From assembly GCF_000142905.1 (NCBI RefSeq), contig NW_013657590.1:1-10096 (forward strand): 10,096 nucleotides of DNA, read 5' to 3'. Positions within the stretch are counted from its first letter, which is position 1; each line of letters opens with the position of its first letter. Below are positions 6,037 to 10,096 of the stretch, piece after piece. The notes under the pieces are model-generated. The model worked only from the letters and a program-made list of their open reading frames with translations, was not told where the DNA came from and ran no database searches. The position numbers and the translations under genes were made by a program. This DNA comes from Thecamonas trahens ATCC 50062. Taxonomy: Eukaryota; Protista; Apusomonadida.

Positions 6037-7992
6037 CTACGGCGGTGCCAGCCACGCCTCGTCGGCGACGTTGGCTTTTTGGGTGACGGTGCTGTGCTTG
6101 GCGGCGTCGATGCCACGAACCATGGCCGAGAGCGTCTCGTTTCGGAGCGCTGGGAGGAGAGTCGGGTCAAGGGCCGGATACTCGGGCCGGGCAAGCGCCG
6201 CGAGAGTAGCCAGTGTCTCGTTGTGCTCGGGCGGCTCACTGGCGGGCGTGGAAAGGTCCCTTGTGGCAGCGAGATCAGCGTTCGACATCATGAGGTGCGA
6301 AGTGAGGAGTGTGGATCGGTTGCGGTTGAGAGCGAGCTCGACCGGGTCGAGGATGGCGGCGGCGGCGCGGCGCTGGCTGCGGACCTGGCTTCTGTGGTCA
6401 CGGAGAGTTGAGGCGAGGTTGACGACCTCGGGATCGAACTGCCGTGAGCGGGCATTGCTGGCAACACGCGGGTCCCAATCGAGGCAGAGTTGGCACGAGC
6501 TGGGGTCGAGGATGCCGAGCTCAATGAGCTCCTCATCAGTAACGTGGGTGCGGACAAGGCCGAGGAGTGTTTTGACCCGTGCCTGGGAGCGCGAGAGCTC
6601 GGTACGGAGGCGGCGAACGCACAGATCCTTCTCGGTGAGCACAACTTGGGTGTTCTGCTTTTCGACTTGAAGCGTGTGGATGGTGTCCTGGAGAGCGATG
6701 ATTCGCTCGTTGGAGGCTTCGCCCTTGGGCAAAGCCGAGATCTGGAAGGCGGCTTCTGCGGCGAGGGTCTTGGCCACCTGAAGCTCGTCGTTCTTGGAGT
6801 CGAGCTGGGTGCGAGCATCGGTGAGTTCGGCCTCGGTGCGGGTTAGCGCGCGCTGGAGCATCTGGATCATGCGGATACGCTGCTCGTCCGAGCCGGCGGC
6901 AGCCTTGCGGGTCCTACGGGCGACTGCCTCGTGCTCCGTGAGGAGGGCGGTGTGCTTGGCGCGGAGATCGCGGGCGAGCGTCTTGTTGACTGCCGCCATG
7001 TCCTTGGCACGGACCTCGCGAGCCTTGGCGGTCTCAATTTCTGAAGCCGAGCTGGCCAGCTGCTCCTTGAGCGCCATGATGACTCGCATGAGGTGGCGCT
7101 CGCGGGCGGTGACCACACTCCTCATCATGTCATCAGCATCATCGGCCTGGCTACGCTGGCCCTGCAACGAGTCTACGGCCGAGGCCGGTGAGGTCGGTAA
7201 ATTGTCTGCGGCATCTGCGGCAGCATCAGCGTGGGCCATGAGCTTCCATACCAGGGCGTTGCGCTGGGAGTCTGCGGCGACGGCCGCGTCCTTCATGGCT
7301 TGGATGGTCTCCTCCAGCTCGACGATGCGGACAAAGAGCGCCTCCTTGGAGAGACCGTGATGGAACGAGTCGGGATGGAAGGGATCGGCCGAGTTGGCAG
7401 CCAGCCGCGCGCCCTCTTCACGGAGTGGAGCGTCGGCGGCCTGCTCGCGACGGAAGCGCGAGTGCGGGACGCCGCCGGAGGCCGGACCCTTCACCACCGG
7501 CGGCTCGCCGTCTGAAAAGACCATCGACTCTGCACGGCTAAAGGCCAACGAGTCATTGTAGTCCTGAAGCGAGGCGAGTGAGTGCGAGAACTCGCCAGAT
7601 CGGGCGCGGCGGGCCAGCGTGCGTGCGGTGAGCGGGCGAGGAGCCTTTGCCACCCGATCCGGGCGGAGGAAGATACCACGGTAGCCACCACGGGGATGAT
7701 TGACACCAAGCGGAGCGTCGACGTTCCGACGAGTGTGAAAGTACCTTACGCCGTGAACCGATCCGTCGTTGCGGCCACGAGCCTCGTCCAGCTCCACGCC
7801 CAGCCACTCGCCAGGCGCAAACTCCGTCTTCCCGCGGAAGCGCAACGTTCCCCTCAGCTCGCCGTCGACAACCACCCGCATACCCAGCACCAGCACCTCC
7901 TCCTCGTCCTCTACCTCTCCTTCTTCGCCTGTCTCATTCTCGTCCTGCTCGGCTTTGGGTGGTATCGGTGGTGGTGGCATGGATGATGCCAT
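6037..7992 (-). CDS. CAP-Gly domain plus coiled-coil protein, ~651 aa (putative microtubule-associated)
   Basis: ATG at 7992-7990 (cccATGG), TAG at 6039-6037. LGMRVVVDGELRGTLRFRGKTEFAPGEWLGVELDEARGRNDGSVHGVRYF...GIFLRPDRV is a CAP-Gly domain (~7650-7893, GRNDG for canonical GKNDG). Coiled-coil-like segments lie at ~6560-7340. The start is uncertain because the gap begins 26 nt upstream. Confidence 0.85.
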   Translation of the reverse strand: MASSMPPPPIPPKAEQDENETGEEGEVEDEEEVLVLGMRVVVDGELRGTLRFRGKTEFAPGEWLGVELDEARGRNDGSVHGVRYFHTRRNVDAPLGVNHPRGGYRGIFLRPDRVAKAPRPLTARTLARRARSGEFSHSLASLQDYNDSLAFSRAESMVFSDGEPPVVKGPASGGVPHSRFRREQAADAPLREEGARLAANSADPFHPDSFHHGLSKEALFVRIVELEETIQAMKDAAVAADSQRNALVWKLMAHADAAADAADNLPTSPASAVDSLQGQRSQADDADDMMRSVVTARERHLMRVIMALKEQLASSASEIETAKAREVRAKDMAAVNKTLARDLRAKHTALLTEHEAVARRTRKAAAGSDEQRIRMIQMLQRALTRTEAELTDARTQLDSKNDELQVAKTLAAEAAFQISALPKGEASNERIIALQDTIHTLQVEKQNTQVVLTEKDLCVRRLRTELSRSQARVKTLLGLVRTHVTDEELIELGILDPSSCQLCLDWDPRVASNARSRQFDPEVVNLASTLRDHRSQVRSQRRAAAAILDPVELALNRNRSTLLTSHLMMSNADLAATRDLSTPASEPPEHNETLATLAALARPEYPALDPTLLPALRNETLSAMVRGIDAAKHSTVTQKANVADEAWLAPP

Positions 7993-8017
7993 GGGTGAGT
8001 GGGGAGGGGGGGGGGGG

Positions 8018-8433
8018 NNNNNNNNNNNNNNNNNNNNNNNNNNNNNNNNNNNNNNNNNNNNNNNNNNNNNNNNNNNNNNNNNNNNNNNNNNNNNNNNNNN
8101 NNNNNNNNNNNNNNNNNNNNNNNNNNNNNNNNNNNNNNNNNNNNNNNNNNNNNNNNNNNNNNNNNNNNNNNNNNNNNNNNNNNNNNNNNNNNNNNNNNNN
8201 NNNNNNNNNNNNNNNNNNNNNNNNNNNNNNNNNNNNNNNNNNNNNNNNNNNNNNNNNNNNNNNNNNNNNNNNNNNNNNNNNNNNNNNNNNNNNNNNNNNN
8301 NNNNNNNNNNNNNNNNNNNNNNNNNNNNNNNNNNNNNNNNNNNNNNNNNNNNNNNNNNNNNNNNNNNNNNNNNNNNNNNNNNNNNNNNNNNNNNNNNNNN
8401 NNNNNNNNNNNNNNNNNNNNNNNNNNNNNNNNN
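8018..8433. other. Assembly gap (416 N) flanked by G-run-rich sequence
   Basis: Run of N preceded by a poly-G tract (8006-8017) and followed by G-rich sequence. Confidence 0.99.
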
Positions 8434-8545
8434 TTGGGGGGTGAGGTGAGGTGGTGGCGTGGTGGCGCGAACGGACTCGGTCCACTGTGGGGGGGAGGAG
8501 GAGAAGGGAGATACGGTAGGACGATGGTTTAGCAAAGGCGCTGGA

Positions 8546-9948
8546 TTAGGCGGCGTGCTGGTGAGCAGCGATGCGGGCCTCGAGCTCGGGGCGGAAGTGG
8601 CGGATGAGGCCCTGGACGGGCCAGGCAGCGGCGTCGCCGAGTGCGCAGATGGACTTGCCCTCGATCTGGTAGGTGATCTCCTCCATCTGGTCGATCTCTG
8701 CCGGTGTGGCGTGGCCAGACTCCATGCGCTTCATGGTCTTGGCGAGCCAGTCGACGCCCTCACGGCACGGGGTGCACTGGCCGCACGACTCGTGCTTGTA
8801 GAACTCGGAGAGGCGCGAGATGCACTTGATCATGTCGGCCTGCTTGTTCATGACGATGACGGCGCCAGTGCCGAGGCCAGTCTTGTGAGCGATGAGGTCG
8901 TCAAAGTCCATGAGGGCCTCCTCGCACACGTCCTTGGGGATGACCGGGACGGACGAGCCGCCGGGAATGATGCCCTGCAGGTTGTCCCAGCCGCCGATGA
9001 CGCCACCAGCGTGGACCTCGATGAGCTCCTTGAGCGGGATGGACATCTCCTCCTCGACGACGCACGGGTTGTTGACGTGGCCAGAGACGCAGAAGAGCTT
9101 GGTGCCATGGTTGTTGGCACGGCCAAATGAGGAGAACCAGTCACCGCCGCGGCGGAGGATGGTCGGGGCGACAGCGACTGACTCGACGTTGGAAACGGTG
9201 GTCGGGCAGCCGTAGAGACCGACGTCGGCCGGGAAGGGCGGCTTGAGGCGCGGCTGGCCGGGCTTGCCCTCGAGGCACTCGATGAGCGACGTCTCCTCGC
9301 CCACAATGTACGCGCCCATCGAGCGCTGGACATAGATGTCAAAGTCGTAGCCCGAGCCGCAGGCATCCTTGCCCAGGAAGCCCTGGGCGTAGGCCTCGGC
9401 GATGGCGGCCTCGACCGCGTTGTTCTCGCGCATAAACTCGCCGCGGAGGAGAATGACCGCCTTCTGCGCGCCCATGGCGTAGCCGGCAACCAGGCAGCCC
9501 TCCAGGAGCTTGTGCGGGTCGAACCGGAGAATGGCCGTGTCCTTGCACGTACCGGGCTCACCCTCGTCGCCGTTGACCACAAGGTACTTGGGCCGGCCGT
9601 CGTCGGGCTTGTTCATGAACGACCACTTGAGGCCGGTAGGGAAGCCGGCGCCGCCGCGGCCGCGGAGGCCCGACTTCTTGATCTCATCGATGATCCACTC
9701 GCCGCCCTTGGCCATCAGCTCCTTGGTCTTGTACCAGTCGCCGCGCTTGAGCGCGCCCTTGATCCCCTCGTCATGCTCGCCGTACAAGTTGGTGAAAATG
9801 CGATCCTCGTCCGCAAGTCCGCCGTACGTCCGCTCGGGCTCGGCGCCCGGGCCCGTCGCCGCCGGCCGCGCCGCTGCGGAGAACGTCGCCGCAGCCACCG
9901 TCTTGCCGACACGGCTCACCAGTGCCTGCACCGGGGCGCTTGCTCCTC
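8546..9948 (-). CDS. NDUFV1: NADH:ubiquinone oxidoreductase 51-kDa flavoprotein subunit (complex I), mitochondrial; main exon, 5' end incomplete
   Basis: Motifs [51 protein letters not shown]3 cluster motif [12 protein letters not shown]...ICALGD and [15 protein letters not shown]. The N-terminus is Ala/Arg/Ser-rich, like a presequence. TAA at 8548-8546. The ORF-track start at 9958 is TTG and an in-frame TGA lies at 10009-10007, so the 5' boundary is probably a splice acceptor (exon start 9948 or 9925). Confidence 0.96.
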
Positions 9949-10096
9949 CTACATCCAACCCATCTCCCCATGAGTCTTCCTCCCTCCTCCCCCTTCCCTT
10001 CCGTCCTCACCACCCCCCCTTCCGCTACCGCCGTCCCCTCCGCTCCGGGTCGGCGGGATGGGCAAAGGCCGCCGACGCCGACCCGCCTCCCCCCGT
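9949..10096 (-). other. Probable first intron (3' part) of NDUFV1
   Basis: No in-frame ATG. The sense strand is G-rich, with a branch-point-like GACTCAT (9976-9970) about 20 nt before TGTAG (9953-9949). An alternative acceptor TGCAG is at 9930-9926. Confidence 0.55.

Noticed and set aside
1893-7515. Many overlapping alternative-frame and antisense ORFs (e.g. 1893-3344 +, 5625-6239 -, 6071-6670 +)
   Set aside because: They are expected shadows of high-GC coding sequence, with Arg/Ser/Pro/Ala-rich translations and no motifs.
6037-7992. Naming gene 3 DCTN1/p150Glued, CLIP-170 or TBCB
   Set aside because: It has a single CAP-Gly in ~651 aa, with no recognisable dynactin domain, second CAP-Gly, zinc knuckles or UBL, so orthology is unsupported.
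7993-8535. ORFs spanning the N gap, including the extension of the CAP-Gly ORF to 8535
   Set aside because: These are artefacts of N codons. A hidden exon in the gap cannot be excluded but is unsupported.
8546-9958. Bacterial nuoF in a nuo operon
   Set aside because: There are no nuoE/nuoG neighbours, the N-terminus is presequence-like, and the flanking genes are eukaryote-type (CAP-Gly, NZF, Ddi1).
8459-9973. Antisense and alternative-frame ORFs over NDUFV1 (8459-9130, 8848-9582, 9512-9973)
   Set aside because: Strong GC3 codon bias removes stops from these frames, and there is no independent coding evidence.

Overview
This is a GC-rich, gene-dense, apparently intron-poor eukaryotic nuclear window. 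The style resembles a compact protist genome such as an apusomonad like Thecamonas, which is inference only. It holds four protein-coding genes and a 416-nt assembly gap (8018-8433). (1) 74-1183 (-): a Ddi1/DDI2-type retroviral-like aspartic protease with no recognisable UBL or UBA domain. It instead carries a Ser-rich N-terminus, a ZZ-like zinc finger and a RanBP2/NZF zinc finger. (2) 1811-6007 (+): an ~7-blade WD40 propeller followed by an ~1000-aa coiled coil, ending in a tubulin-tail-like GEFEET. (3) 6037-7992 (-): a CAP-Gly plus coiled-coil protein, convergent with gene 2 with only 29 bp between the stops. (4) 8546-~9948 (-): mitochondrial complex I 51-kDa flavoprotein NDUFV1/NuoF. It lacks an in-frame ATG upstream of the conserved core, so it probably has an upstream exon, and its FMN/NADH signature has unusual substitutions. 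Intergenic DNA is strand-asymmetric and C/G-run rich. The most promising novelty is the ZZ+NZF+Ddi1-protease architecture. No RNA genes, CRISPR arrays or mobile elements were recognised.
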